Origin: Ginglymostoma cirratum
Lineage: Eukaryota
Assembly (NCBI GenBank): GCA_024137785.1
Contig: JAHRHZ010000217.1
Location: forward strand, 4,907,013-4,971,012
DNA length: 64,000 nt
Direction: 5' to 3'
Both the position numbers and the translations under genes were made by a program. Positions 50,586-62,684 of the stretch are shown here, piece after piece. The first letter of the stretch is position 1. The number at the start of each line of letters is the position of its first letter. The notes beneath the pieces are model-generated. The model had not been told where the DNA came from and ran no database searches. It worked only from the letters and a program-made list of their open reading frames with translations.

Positions 50586-50849
50586 TTGTGCTCTGTTACC
50601 AGTGTGGGAGTATTAATATCTATTTGTCTGTCTTTTGTCTTCTCTTCACTCCCAAAGATTGGACCATGGACCTCTATTGGATTGGTCCCAACTTAGGAGC
50701 AAAGTACTGCAGTGGTTTGCCATTGCCTTCTGTAGGATGGCCAAATGAGAAATTCTGTCACTTTAACCACCATATCAGGTGCATTGAATGGATTTGCATG
50801 GTGATAAACAACCTGTTTGACTATATAAAAAGCATACATTTCAACGTTA

Positions 50850-50912
50850 TATGTGATTCAAACCTGGAGCTTCTGGCCTGGAGGTAGGGACACTACCATT
50901 GAACCAAAAGAC
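50850..50912 (-). mobile_element. Short tRNA-derived SINE head
   Basis: GATTCAAACC..GAGGTAGGGACACTAC is the reverse complement of the head at 52328-52390. Confidence 0.55.
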
Positions 50913-51268
50913 TTCCGGTAACATTCTTCACCTTGGGCTTTTCTTTAAAAACAAAAGCCCTGTATTACGAGCTATAAACTGATTATGTTTTTGGCCTTTG
51001 GATCAATGTTTCATCTGCAGTTCCCTTTACAGTGCAGGAAGAGGTCCATTATTATTACTTAATTATAAGCTTGGCTTTAAAGTAACAGATTAAATTTCTC
51101 TCCTCTCAGTTTCTAATTTTGATACAATATTTATGAATTTATTACTGGTTGTGGAAATATGCACTAAAATATAGACATCAACAGTTTAGAACGCTTTTTT
51201 GACTTCTGAAGTTAGATCTCCTCTCAGCCCAGGTTCACTGCTGTAACTGGTTCAGCTCCAAATTTTGA

Positions 51269-51765
51269 TCATAGAGTCAGTCACATAGCATGGAAACAGG
51301 CACTTTCTTATTCATGTACTTATCTAAACATCTTAAATGTTGTAACTGTACCTGCCTCTATCACTTCCTCTGAAAATTCATTCCACACATGAACCACCCT
51401 CTGTGTAAAATGTTGCCCCCCAATGTAATTTTTAAATATTTTTCCTCTCACCTTAAAAATATGCCCCCAGACTTGAAACATCCCACCCTAGGGAAAAGAC
51501 ACCTGCCATTTATCTTATTTATACCCCTCATGATTTTATAAACCTCTATCGGGTCACCTCTCAAACTCCTAAACTCCAGTGGAAAAATTCCCAAACTATC
51601 CAGCCTGTCCTTTAACTCAAATTGTCCACTCCCAGCAACATTCTCTTCTGCACAGTCTCCAGCTTAATAATATCCTTCCTCTAACAGGGAGACCAGAGCT
51701 GTACACAGTAGTCCAGAAGAGGCTTCATCAATTTTCTGTTCAACCTCAACATAACATCCTGTCAT
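51269..51765 (-). mobile_element. CR1 3' fragment with internal deletions
   Basis: CATAGAGTCA..AGCATGGAAACAGG tail; CCCTCATGATTTTATAAACCTCTAT (IEVYKIMRG). Confidence 0.85.
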
Positions 51766-52327
51766 GACATTTTGCAACAGCAGGGTTTATCAAGTAGCAG
51801 AGGGCAGAGAAATGACATTTATAGTGAATTGCCAGACTAATATTCCATTTTAGCCCAAACTATATTTTGCAGATTTGATTATGTTAGTTGTCAGGTTTAC
51901 TGAGCTGACGATCCGCTTCAAACTTCCATACATAAAAAGAAAAGCCCCTTCCATTACCGGGTGAGATAGGACACATTCTGGGGCACGCTGCATTTTGGAT
52001 GCAAATGTTATTTGCCATTAGAGCCCAGAATCATTGAATGGATCGATGAAGAACAGGATAAAAGAATTACATTTGGAGTGAGGAATAGGCGAATTCCTAG
52101 ATATTCCCTGGATGAAGTTTGTGTCTGACACGGTTCATGAGAAAATGAAAGTACAAAGGCACAAACTACAAATATTAAGAACTTTTCTCCAAGTTTACAG
52201 GCAGGAACACTTGGGAGCTGCTAGCCGATTCAACAAGACTCCCAAGTCAAGTGGGAGTGTTAATTACCCCAAACAATCAAGGTTCGAGTGATTGAGATCT
52301 TCTATGGTGGGGAGGAAAGTTCTGTGA

Positions 52328-52445
52328 AAGGCTCTTATAGCCAAGTAGCAGTGTCCCTACCTCTGGATCAGGAGACCTGTGTTCAAGGCCCTCCTGCTCC
52401 AAGGGTGTTTAATAACATCTCTGAATCGGTTGATTAAAAAGTGTC
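52328..52445 (+). mobile_element. Short tRNA-derived SINE
   Basis: A-box-like TAGCCAAGTAG, B-box-like GTTCAAG, then TGAATCGGTTGATTA. Confidence 0.6.
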
Positions 52446-52889
52446 CAACAAGAAAGAATCTGTGGTACCTTCAGGGATGAATATGAATTAGTAGAGTTTC
52501 TTGCCCCTTTTTTTGTTCCTACTTATCTGAAGCTGTATTACCATGGTCCTTTTCTTGAAAACAAAAATTGCTTTTCGATAATTAGTATTATGACAAACTA
52601 TAGAAAGTAGTATAGAAGATAAAAACTTTGTCTCCCACTGTGCAGGTTGGCCAGACTTAGCAAATGTACAGTGTAGACAAGTGCCAATTCAAGGTGCCAT
52701 TCTCAATGTGACAGGTCAAAAGCATGTCTTCTTGTGGTAATGCTTGGTCTGTACGACTGGGGACAAAATGAAGCAATGTTATTCTTACAAGTAGAAACAC
52801 ATTCACAACTTCTTGATGGCAACCACTTTTTAAGCTTCCTGCTGTGAATACTGAATCAAGTGTTAGATCAGCTTAGAGGATTTTTTCGA

Positions 52890-53232
52890 CTTTGTTCATG
52901 GATGTGGGTGTCACTGGCTGGACCTGCATTTATTTCTAATCCCTGATTACCCTAAGAATCAATCACATTGCTGTGGGTCTGGAGTCACAAGTAGGCCAAA
53001 TCAGGGAAGGATGGCAGATTTCCTTCCCAAAAGGCCATTTGTGACCCTGATGGGTCTCCTCCCAACCAGATCAGCAAATGTTTCACAGTCATCATTGGAC
53101 TCCTACTTCTAGATTACTTTGAATTCAAATTCCACCATCTGCAATGGCGAGATTCAAAGCCAAGTCCCGAGAACATTACCTGGCTTTCGGGATTAAAGAT
53201 CCAGTGAAGATAGCACTAGGTTATTGCCTGCC
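52890..53232 (-). mobile_element. tRNA-derived SINE with LINE-derived tail
   Basis: Homologous along its length to 1272-1597. Confidence 0.75.
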
Positions 53233-53727
53233 TGAGGAACTGTTATGACTGACAAAAAAAAAACTTCAAATTACATAGTGCATTGAAAGTTAAAAAAAAA
53301 CTCCAGCGTGTTTCAAAGGAGTAGTAGAAAACAAAACGCAATACCAAACCACATAAGAGACCAGAGGTTAGTCAAAGATGTTGGTTTTGAGGATTGTTTC
53401 AAAAAAAGGGAAGAGAGGCAGACAGGTGGAGATGTAAAGGGAAGTACTCTTGAGTTAAGGCCTAGGCAACTGAACTAAAAGTCAGCTTTGGCTGAACAAT
53501 GAAAACAAAGGATGCTGAAGAGGCCAGAATTAGAGGGGCGTTGATATTTCAAATAGTTATTGAGTACAGGAAATTAGAAACATGGGGCTGGGGAGATCAC
53601 TGGGAGATTTGAAAATAAGAAAAAAATAAAGTATGCCTTGGCTGGGAGCAAGTGTAGTTCAGTGAGCAGAGGAGTGCAAGGTGAATGACATGCATACATT
53701 AGGACATGGCCAGCACAGTTTTGGATA

Positions 53728-54343
53728 AGAGTCAGAGAGTCATAGAGCCCTACAGCGTAGAAACAGATCCTTCAGTTCAACTTGTCCATGCTGACCAGAT
53801 ATTCCAAATTAATCCAGTCCCATTTACCAGCGTTTGGCCCATATCCCTCTCAACCCTTCCTATTAATATACCTGTGTAGATGTCTTTTAAATGTTGTAAT
53901 TGTACCAGCCTCCACCACTTCCTCTGGCAGCTCATTCCATACACACGCCACCCACTGCGTAAAAAAATTGCCCCCAGGTCCTTCTTACAGCTTTCCCCTC
54001 ACACCTTAAACTTGTGCCCTTTAGTTTTGTACACCCCAGTCCAGGGAAAAGACATTGACTATTCACCCTATCCATGCCCACTGTGATTTTATAAACCTTT
54101 ATAAGGTCACCCCTCAGCCTCCAAAGCTCCAAGGAAAATAACACCAGTTTATTTAGCCTCTCCCGACAGCTCAAACCCTCCAACCCTGGCAACATCCTTG
54201 TAATTTTTTTCTGAACTCTTTCAAGTTTCATAACATCTTTCCTACAGCAGGAAGACCAGAATTGCATGCAGTATTCCAAAAGGGACCTAACCAATGTCCT
54301 GTACGAACAAAACATGACCTCTCAACTCCTATACTCAATGCAC
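53728..54343 (-). mobile_element. CR1 3' fragment
   Basis: ORF 53932-54315 YRTLVRSLLEYCMQFWS..LERVQ; GAGTCATAGAG tail. Confidence 0.9.
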
Positions 54344-54569
54344 TTCAAGTTTATGTAGGTAGAATAGAAGTGATCAGCCAAGAATTAATTGTAATAGCCT
54401 GTTAGACAGGGAATGCAGGCAGGAATGAGGGTTTCAACAGCAGAACAGCTGAGTGAAAGGTAAAGTTGGGTGGTTTTACAAATGTATGTGGAAATGCGTT
54501 TGTCAAAAATGATGAAAGTACAAGGTTGGAAACTCAATTCAGGGTGAAAATGTGACGCCAAGCAGACTG

Positions 54570-54794
54570 TGAGATAGTAGGAATTGCCAATGCTGGAGAA
54601 TCTGAGATAACAAGGTGTACAGCTGGATGAACGCAGCAGGCCAGGCAGCATCAGAGGAGCAGGAAAGCTGACGTTTCGTGTCTGGACCCTTTTTCAGAAA
54701 ATGAAGAAGGGTCCCGACCTGAAACATTAGCTTTCCTGCTCCTCTGATGCTGCCTGGCCTGCTGTATTCATCCAGCTCTACACCTTGTTATCTC
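54570..54794. mobile_element. Complete fold-back PLE mini-element (93-bp inverted arms, 5-nt spacer, 33-nt one-sided tail)
   Basis: Arms 54604-54696 and 54702-54794; TSD CCAAGCAGACTG at 54558-54569 and 54799-54810; hammerhead cores meet at the centre. Confidence 0.9.
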
Positions 54795-54963
54795 TTAACC
54801 AAGCAGACTGACTTAATCTCTGACCAGTGTCAGGGAGATAGGTGGATTCAATAGCTAGGGCACAGAGTTGGACAGGGAGAAAATTTCTGCTTGTTCAATA
54901 CTAAATGTCGATCTGGTGGTTCTGCAAAATGTTGGCTTTTATTCTGAACAAACACCATCTACA

Positions 54964-55778
54964 AGTATCTAACGATGACGAGTCAAAATACAGAAGGGTG
55001 ATAAAGTGCTCGGTGATGTGGTGCAATGAAAACAAACTGTCTCTCAACGTCAGCAAAACTAAAGAACTAATCATTGACTTCATAAAGAAAGGAGGAGAAC
55101 ACGCCCCCATCTACATCAACGGAACTGAGGTTGAGAGAGTGAAGAGCATCAAGTTCATTGGAGTGACGATAACCAATGTCCTGTCCTGGACTTCCCACAC
55201 AAATGAGACAGTCAAGAAGGCACAACAATGCCTCTACTTCCTCAGGTGACTCAAGAAATTTGGCATGTCCATGAGGTCCCTCACCAACTTCTACAGATGC
55301 ACCATTGAATGCATATTGTCCGAGCGCATAATGGCCTTGCATGGCAACTGCTCTGCCCACGACTGTAAGAAACTACAGAAGGTGGTGTGCGCAGCCCAGA
55401 CATCACAGAACCCGACTTCCATCCATGAACTTTACTTACACAGCTCGCTGCCGTAGAAAGGCTGTCAACATCATCAAAGACCCATCATACCCTGGTAATG
55501 ACTTCCTACAACTTCTTCTGTCAAGCAGAAGATACAGAAGCCTGAACACATGAACAAGCAGGTTAGGGAACAGCTTCTTTCCAGCTGTTATCAGACTGTT
55601 AAATAGACTCGAGCCTCAAATAATGTAACCTGCAGTGTAACCTGTACAGCTCTGAGCTTTTTTGATCTGTATATCCTTTTCTTGCTGCGATCTGCCTGTA
55701 AGGCTCGTAAACAAAACTTTTCACTGTATTTCCGTACATGTGATAGTAAATCAATCAATCAATCATACAATCAATCAA
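54964..55778 (+). mobile_element. Rex1/Babar-clade LINE 3' fragment
   Basis: DDESKYR..WCNENKLSLNVSKTKELIIDF..VERV..KFIGV..VKKAQQCLYFLR..LTNFYRCTIE; (AATC)n tail. Confidence 0.85.
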
Positions 55779-56228
55779 TACCTAATGTGGATCATGGCAG
55801 TGATACCCCAGAGGGTGGAATATTTCTATTTTGAGTTGAGGTTTTTTGTTAAATAAGATTTATGGCGGCTGGTCCACCAGATTCAGAGCAACGTTTCCTT
55901 GAGGGAATCTTTTTTATCTTCACCTAATTATTAGTGCAACCTGGCTCTTTGGTGCTCTCCTTTGGAATCATGCAGCATGAGAGACTGAAGTGCTTGTCCC
56001 TGCTAGGACCTTGTGTTATTCACATGACTGGTGCCACATTTTAAGACCAACTATATACCACTCCAGATGCTGTAAGTGGGAACTGGTCCTCACATTGTGG
56101 TGCCAGAATGTGAAAATTAATGCCATGCTTTTGGATTATGCCACATGGAGAAGCATATAGCTGATAAATAGTAAGGGGCTAAGATGATGGTACTCTGATA
56201 AGAGTTGTGAGATTTATATATTTCTTTC

Positions 56229-57580
56229 TTGTTGTAGGAAAAGTTTTAGAAAGGATTATAAGAGATCGGATTTATAATCATCTAGCAAGCAACAATTTGA
56301 TTGGAGATAGTCAACATGGATTCGTCAAGGGCAGGTCGTGTCTCACAAACCTCATTGAGTTTTTTGAGAAGGTGACCAAGCACTTGGATGAGGGTAGGGC
56401 AGTTGACGTGGTGTACATGGACTTCAGTAAAGCCTTTGATAAGGTTCCACATGGTAGGCTATTGGAGAAAATGCGGAGGCATGGGATTGAGGGAGATTTA
56501 GCAGTTTGGATTAGAAACTGGCTTTCTGAAAGAAGCCAAAGAGTGGTAGTTGATGCAAAATATTCAGCCTGAAGTCTGGTTACTAGTGGTGTGCCACAAG
56601 GATCTGTTTTGGGACCACTGCTGTTCGTCATTTTTATAAATGACTTGGACGCAGACATAGGTGGATGGGTAAGTAAGTTTGCAGATGACACTAAAGTCGG
56701 TGGAGTGGTGGACAGTGTGGAAGAATGTTGCAGGTTGCAGGGAGACTTGGATAAACTGCAGAATTGGGCTGAAAGGTGGCAAATGGAGTTCAATGCAGAT
56801 AAATGTGAGGTGATTCACTTTGGGAAGAATAATAGGAAGGCAGAATACTGGGTCAATGGAATGATTCTCGGTAGTGTGGATGTGCAGAGGGATCTTGGTG
56901 TCCAGGTACATAGATCCCTGAAAGTTGCCACCCAGGTTGATACTGCTGTTAAGAAGGCATACGGTGTGTTAGGTTTCATTGGTAGAGGGATTGAGTTCCG
57001 GAGCCGTGATGTCATGCTGCAACTATACAAAACACTAGTGCGGCCTCACTTGGAATACTGCGTACAGTTCTGGTCACCCCATTACAGGAAGGATGTGGAA
57101 GCATTGGAAAAGGTGCAGAGGAGATTTACCAGGATGTTGCCTGGTCTGGAGCGAAGGTCTTATGAGGAAAGGCTGAGGGACTTGGGTCTGTTCTCATTGG
57201 AGAGAAGAAGGCTAAGAGGGGATTTCATAGAGACCTACAAAATGATCAGAGGATTAGATAGGGTGGACAGTAAGAGTCTTTTTCCTAGGATGATGACGTT
57301 GGCTAGTACGAGGGGGCATAACTGCAAATTGAGGGGTGATAGATTTAAGGCAGATGTCAGAGGCAGGTTCTTTACTCAGAGAGTGGTAAGGGCATGGAAT
57401 GCCCTGCCTGCCAGTGTAGTTAACTCAGCCACATTAGGGGCATTTAAACAGTCCTTGGATAAGCATATGGATGATGATGGGATAGTGTAGGGGGATGGGC
57501 TTAGATTAGTTCACAGGTCGGCGTAACATCGAGGGCCGAAGGGCCTGTTCTGCGCTGTATTGTTCTATGTTCTATGTTCT
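56229..57580 (+). mobile_element. Young 5'-truncated CR1 LINE (RT domain, one in-frame stop)
   Basis: ORFs 56207-56572 and 56591-57490 share a frame, separated only by TGA at 56570-56572; QGSVLGP, FADD; (TTCTATG)n tail. Confidence 0.97.
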
Positions 57581-58029
57581 TTTCAGAATTTGGAATTCAA
57601 ACTAGTCCATATGGTCTAAGTCTACTTTTTGTAAAGGGGTTTAAAAAAATAACTGGGAGAGTCTTCTTGAAATGCTGACTTAAAACCATATCTACATCCT
57701 GCAGTGTTAATGGATGTCTGTCTATATTGTGGGGTTTCTTGACCAAAGAGAGAAAACGTTGAGTCATTAGCTCAGGAAAATTTACTTCAAAATTTAAGAC
57801 ATGACAGAAGTCAAATGAAAATGTAATCTTTCTTAGGAAAAGAAGATTGTACAGAGCAGTTAAGGAAATAAATTACCTCAAAGTAATAAAATAAAGGCTG
57901 CAACTTCCAGACAAGGACTGGTTAGAAACCTACATTGGTTATGTAAGCTTTGTGTTGTGTTAAAGGAAAGGGCCTCAATGTTTGCAGCACCAGAATTGAG
58001 CTGAAGCAATTACGTTATGGCACAGATGA

Positions 58030-58650
58030 AAGAAAAACACATATTGCTTCATGGACAGGACACAGAGGAACTGGTGGATGGAATGGTGCTGACGATGGCC
58101 ATTTTTTATTCTACACACAGCCACAGGCCATGCCACTGGACCAAACCAGCCTGAACTGTATGGCAGCCCAGTCGAGTGCTGTTTCCTCAACTCAGAAGAC
58201 AGGCGCAGAAATATAAGAGAAATGTCAATGATCTTCTAAAGGCAATCATCTTCTCTCTGCTTTCTCATGCTCTCAGGGCCAGTGCTGTCTAATTCTGCCA
58301 CTGCACACATTTCTCATGAACTGTAATTCTCATGATTGCATGCATCATGTTCACTCAATGGCTCTCATCCACCTCATCCTCCTAACCCTTTGCACTTCCT
58401 GTTCTCTCACTGCGGGCACTTCACTACCATTCCTGGCCATGTATCACCATTGAATGCACATCAACCAACTTCTATCATACTCAATCCTTTTCTTTTTCTC
58501 ATTGCAAGAGCAACTGCTCCACGACCAAGTTGAGATATCCAAGACTGGTGGGATGGGGGTAGGTGTGTCTATTTGCTCGTGGATGTCAAGCTGCTCAATC
58601 TTTATGAGGAGACGATTCTTAAATTAGCTAGAGAAGAACACATCCACTCA
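58030..58650 (+). mobile_element. Harbinger Myb/SANT-like partner ORF relic with apparent intron
   Basis: FMDR..EELVDGMV, MAAQSSAVSSTQKTG, NVNDLLK; pyrimidine-rich spacer; then EQLLHDQVEISKTGG..LNLYEETILKLA. Confidence 0.6.
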
Positions 58651-58789
58651 TGTGTGATGGGAAGCATCAACAACCAGGCAGCCTGGGAGGCTTCACTGAT
58701 TTTAAATTTGAGGGTTACAAATGATGACTTCATTACTGTGTTGCTGAGAAGTTTTACAGTGATGTTGATGGTGCCACTACCTCAGAGCC

Positions 58790-59355
58790 AGAAGGAGGGT
58801 TGGCACTGGGGGAAGGTAGATGAGATGGTGATAGATGGAAGTAGGTAGGGGTTAGTGGGGATTTGTCAGTGGGAAGGGTGGGGCAGATAGGTGGGGGAAA
58901 ATATGAACATGTTGTGTCAGGTCAAGGAGACGGAGATGAGAAGGAGGGTTGGACATGGGATAAGATATGGAGTGGGGAGATTCTAAAACTGGTGAATTCT
59001 ATGTTCAGACCATCAGCTGTAGGCTCCCAAGGTGGAATATGAGGTGTTGATCCTCCATTGTGGCACTGGACGAGGGCCAGGATGGACATGTCATTGAGGG
59101 AGTGAGAGGGGGAGTTAAAATGGTTAGCGACCAGAAGGTATTGTTGATTATGTCATCTCACCTACCTTCCCCCAGCCTCACCTCCACCTCCCTCTATTTA
59201 TTTCCCAGCTCCCTTTCCCCTCCCCAGTTTTGATGAAGGGTCCCCACCCAAAATGTTGACTTCCTGCTCCTCTGATGCTGCCTGACCTGTTGTGTTCCTC
59301 CAGCTCCACACTATGTGGACCCTGACTCCAGCATCTGCAGTTCTTGCTATCTCTA
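58790..59355. mobile_element. Older PLE with inverted 5' segment (minus ~58790-59150, plus ~59150-59355)
   Basis: Minus VANHFNSPSHSLNDMSIL; plus 3' end with decayed hammerhead TTGATGAAGGGT..ACCCAAAATGTT and tail. Confidence 0.8.
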
Positions 59356-59579
59356 AGTGAAATAACAGTTCCTCGTCAGCCATATGATGGAAACAAGGTT
59401 GAAGCCTCCAGCATCACCATCCATTCGTTCCAGTTACAACATCAGTGATAAAAAGTGTGTGTTGCACAACACTGCAGACTCCCTCAATGAACTGTAACAC
59501 ATCATGGTGCATATTTATTAAGGAATCATTCTTATTTCAGTACATACAGGTATGTAACAGATATTTTGAACAAAAATCC

Positions 59580-59752
59580 TTTACTGTTGCTGGGTCAAAA
59601 TCCTGAAACACATTCCCTAAAAGCATTGTTCCTACAAGAACTGCACTGCAGCAATTCAAGAAGGAAGTTCACCACTACCTTTTCCAGGGGAATTAAGGAT
59701 GGGCAATAAATGTTAGCTCACTAGCGATGCCCACATCCTATGAATGAATCAA
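59580..59752 (+). mobile_element. LINE 3' terminal fragment
   Basis: AGSKS*N.FP..QQFKK..HHYL, then GGAATTAAGGATGGGCAATAAATG..GATGCCCACATCC.ATGAATGAAT. Confidence 0.75.
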
Positions 59753-60369
59753 AACAACATTAAGAGCTAGTGTTCCAATAGTTATGTTGTTCTGTGAGCA
59801 TTGTTAAATTTCAGGCATACACTGACTCAATACTCGGGGTGATTATTTCAATGATTCTGCTCTAAAAGCCTTTGTTTGAAAATTAAGTTTTGTCCCATCA
59901 CAAATGTTTGTAAAAAATTTACTCATTTGGTATGAAATGTAAATCACATCTACGCTTTTTTATCCATAATTAGTCTATTATTCTGTTATTTCCATGTTTT
60001 GTTTCTTTGCCTGATTAACTTCACTCTCGATATCTTCTTAGTTACCCTGTGCTTTTGGTTCTTTAATTACAGATTGCTGTAATTAATGAAACTAATAAGA
60101 ACATGGTCTACAGAAAAGCATTAGCCATAATGGAGTATTGATTAATCAGACATTTAATTACTACTATGGAAGAATGCAATTTATTTACGGAAAGCTAGGA
60201 CCTGACTTGGAAAAATTCTCCCAAAGCACACATTCACTGGGTTGCCATGGTTAATTTAGTACCGATATTTTCAACAGTGAACTGGTTTCCTATATTGTGT
60301 ATTAGTAGCGTTCCTCACACAACAAATTAGGTAGCATCTGTAAAAGGGAAAAAAAACACGGTCCCACTG

Positions 60370-61125
60370 AAGAAATAAAAATCAGAAAGTGCTGGAGAAT
60401 CTACAGGGCTGACAATATCTATGGACAGAGAAACAGAGTTAATATTGAATTCAATCTGAGTGTTTGGGTGCCAAAATATCATAACTTGTCTTTTCACTTT
60501 ACACATGTTGCTATAGCCCTCAAAGCTAACTTTGGCTATAGATGCAAGCAGTTAACTAGCTATTTACAGTTTAGCCAGCTATTATAAACCTCTATAATTC
60601 ACAGTCTAGTGACGTAATTGAAAATTAGCTGACAGTAACACGTGCAAATGGGTGTGAGGGGAAGAGGTCATAATCAAAATAAATGACAATGTTCATGGGT
60701 CTAGAGTTGTTACGTAACTCAGTGCAGAATCCTGAAGACAGTAAAGCATCTAAAAGGAAAATTAGGAGATCTTCCTCCAGTTGGCATTGGGTACACTGGG
60801 ATACTGTATCAAGCCCAGAACAGAAATGTGACCATGAATCCAAGATGGCATAAAATGGCAAGATGACCAAATTTCTGCCATTAAAATGTGTTATTAACAC
60901 CTATTCACTCCTCTACTACCGTTAACACTTTTTTTTTTTGCTTGGGGCATTCTAACCATCTGTTCCACTTACTCCTTCTCTCTTTGTCAAGAGCAAGCAA
61001 AAAAGGTTTCCCAGAACCTTTCAGTCCTGGGGAAGTCATATCTGACTTGAAGTGTTAACATTGTTTCTCTCTCCACAGATACTGTCAGACCTTGCTGATC
61101 TTCTCCGGCATATTGTTTTACATTG
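60370..61125. mobile_element. Cluster of old PLE pieces (minus 3' end 60370-60460, minus endonuclease C-terminus 60680-60870, plus 3' end 60900-61125)
   Basis: ORF 60625-60900 QLEEDLLIFLLDALLSSGF parallels LQEQQIIFSLGTLQPNG; AAGTC..GACTTGAAGTGTTAAC hammerhead remnant at ~61032-61060. Confidence 0.6.
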
Positions 61126-62124
61126 GAAAAGGGATTGCACAGTTTCTCCACTTTTGTGAATTGTACTTACGTTTTATTGAGTATGTCTGCCGAAGAAAAG
61201 TAACACATCTTACTCATAACATGTTTCTGGTGAGAAACACATGCTGGCAAATTACTTCTCTTCCTCTGTCTGCTTTCCCACATCAGAGCTTAGTCATGGC
61301 CAACAAACAGACCGCCATCATATTCCAGGGGAGAAGTCTGATGAATAACTGAGATGCCCCAGGATGCTGCTAGTGATCCAGTAAACACAGAAAGGAATTG
61401 CCTGGGCAGCCTCACAGAAGGAATGTTGGAAGGAAGTTGAATGCAGGGAAAGACGTAATCATTTCTTGCGTGTCCTAGCATTACACCTATCGTCTCCTGA
61501 TAACAACAAAGCAAAGCAAAAGAAACCCACGCTGAATAACCTCGCTTCAGCTTCTGATCCATGTCTAATTCCCCTTTAACAGCAATAAATTCCCAGCTTT
61601 GGTTAGAGTTGAAATTGGAGTCAGTAACCGACTGTATCATTGAAGCCTAATCTACATACTTAAAGAAAGGCATGGGAAAATTGAAAATAAAAAATTGTCA
61701 CCAAGTACTTTTTAGATCCTACCACGTCACCAAATGCATCTTAATTGCTTAACAGAACCAGGTTCTGCAGGAGAATCCACAATCCTCCTCTGTGACTCCA
61801 CTGCAATATCAGAATAAGAACTGTAACTAGGCAGCAAAAAACACAGGCTGAAAATCACACATTCTCTACAAATGGAAAAATTATATTCTGCTCAAAAGAA
61901 CAGTGAATCTTTCAAGCTTTCAAACAGAAGAGAAAAGGAGCATCCACTTGGACAAAGCAGCTGTGTTAAGAAGATTAAATGGACTTCCTCTCAAAGCCCA
62001 ATTTCATACTGTGCTGGATTTACACTTCAAAGCAAGACCAACTGGTAAGAAAAGATTTGATTTGACTACTTGATTATGGTGTAGCTGGACAGATGAAGAC
62101 CCACCTCTAGAGGAATGCTTATGA

Positions 62125-62185
62125 GGAAACACAGTGTGGAGCTGGAGGAACGCAGCAGGATAGGCAGTATCAGAAGACCAGGAAA
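62125..62185 (-). mobile_element. PLE 3' end fragment
   Basis: GTGTGGAGCTGGAGGAACGCAGCAGG..AGGCAG.ATCAGA is the reverse complement of 59270-59312-like sequence. Confidence 0.65.
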
Positions 62186-62684
62186 TTTTTTTGTGTTAAT
62201 GGACACTGAAAACTACTTTGCATTGATTAGAAACTGTATTTATGTTTCCCAAATTTCCATCAAAATATTTATACCCATGAAAAACGTTTGATCTTCAAAA
62301 TGTCAAGTTTTCCTTCAGCATTCTGACATCTCTGCAGACTATTAATTTCTGGTTGTGCCAGTCTATTTATTAATAACTCTCCAAGCTGCACAAAATCCAT
62401 CCCATAACACACAGCTCATTACATTTTATTTATAATCGGTGTTGTTTCAATTATTTGCAAGTGATTGCTTCAGGTATAGCCTTGTTGCATTAAATTCAAG
62501 TCCTGATGGAACCTATAGGCACATAAATGAATGTAAGGAAAAAAAAATCAAAATTTCAGGATGTTTTAACCTTTTCAGTCGCTCTTTATGTTGGTGCCAG
62601 CTTTAGATTAAGTTCAACTCTTGCCTGTGAAGCTGTAGGTTATGGTTCAACCTGTCCTCCAGAGATTTAAACATCTACTCTGAG

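Larger units (their letters stand above)
53250..54870 (-). mobile_element. L2 LINE 3' relic hosting nested CR1 and PLE insertions
   Basis: Minus strand AVETLIPACIPCLTGYYN (54385-54440), IQNCAG (~53705-53727); split at 53728-54343 and 54570-54794. Confidence 0.65.

Noticed and set aside
56311-56793. 160-aa minus ORF
   Set aside because: Antisense shadow of CR1 RT.
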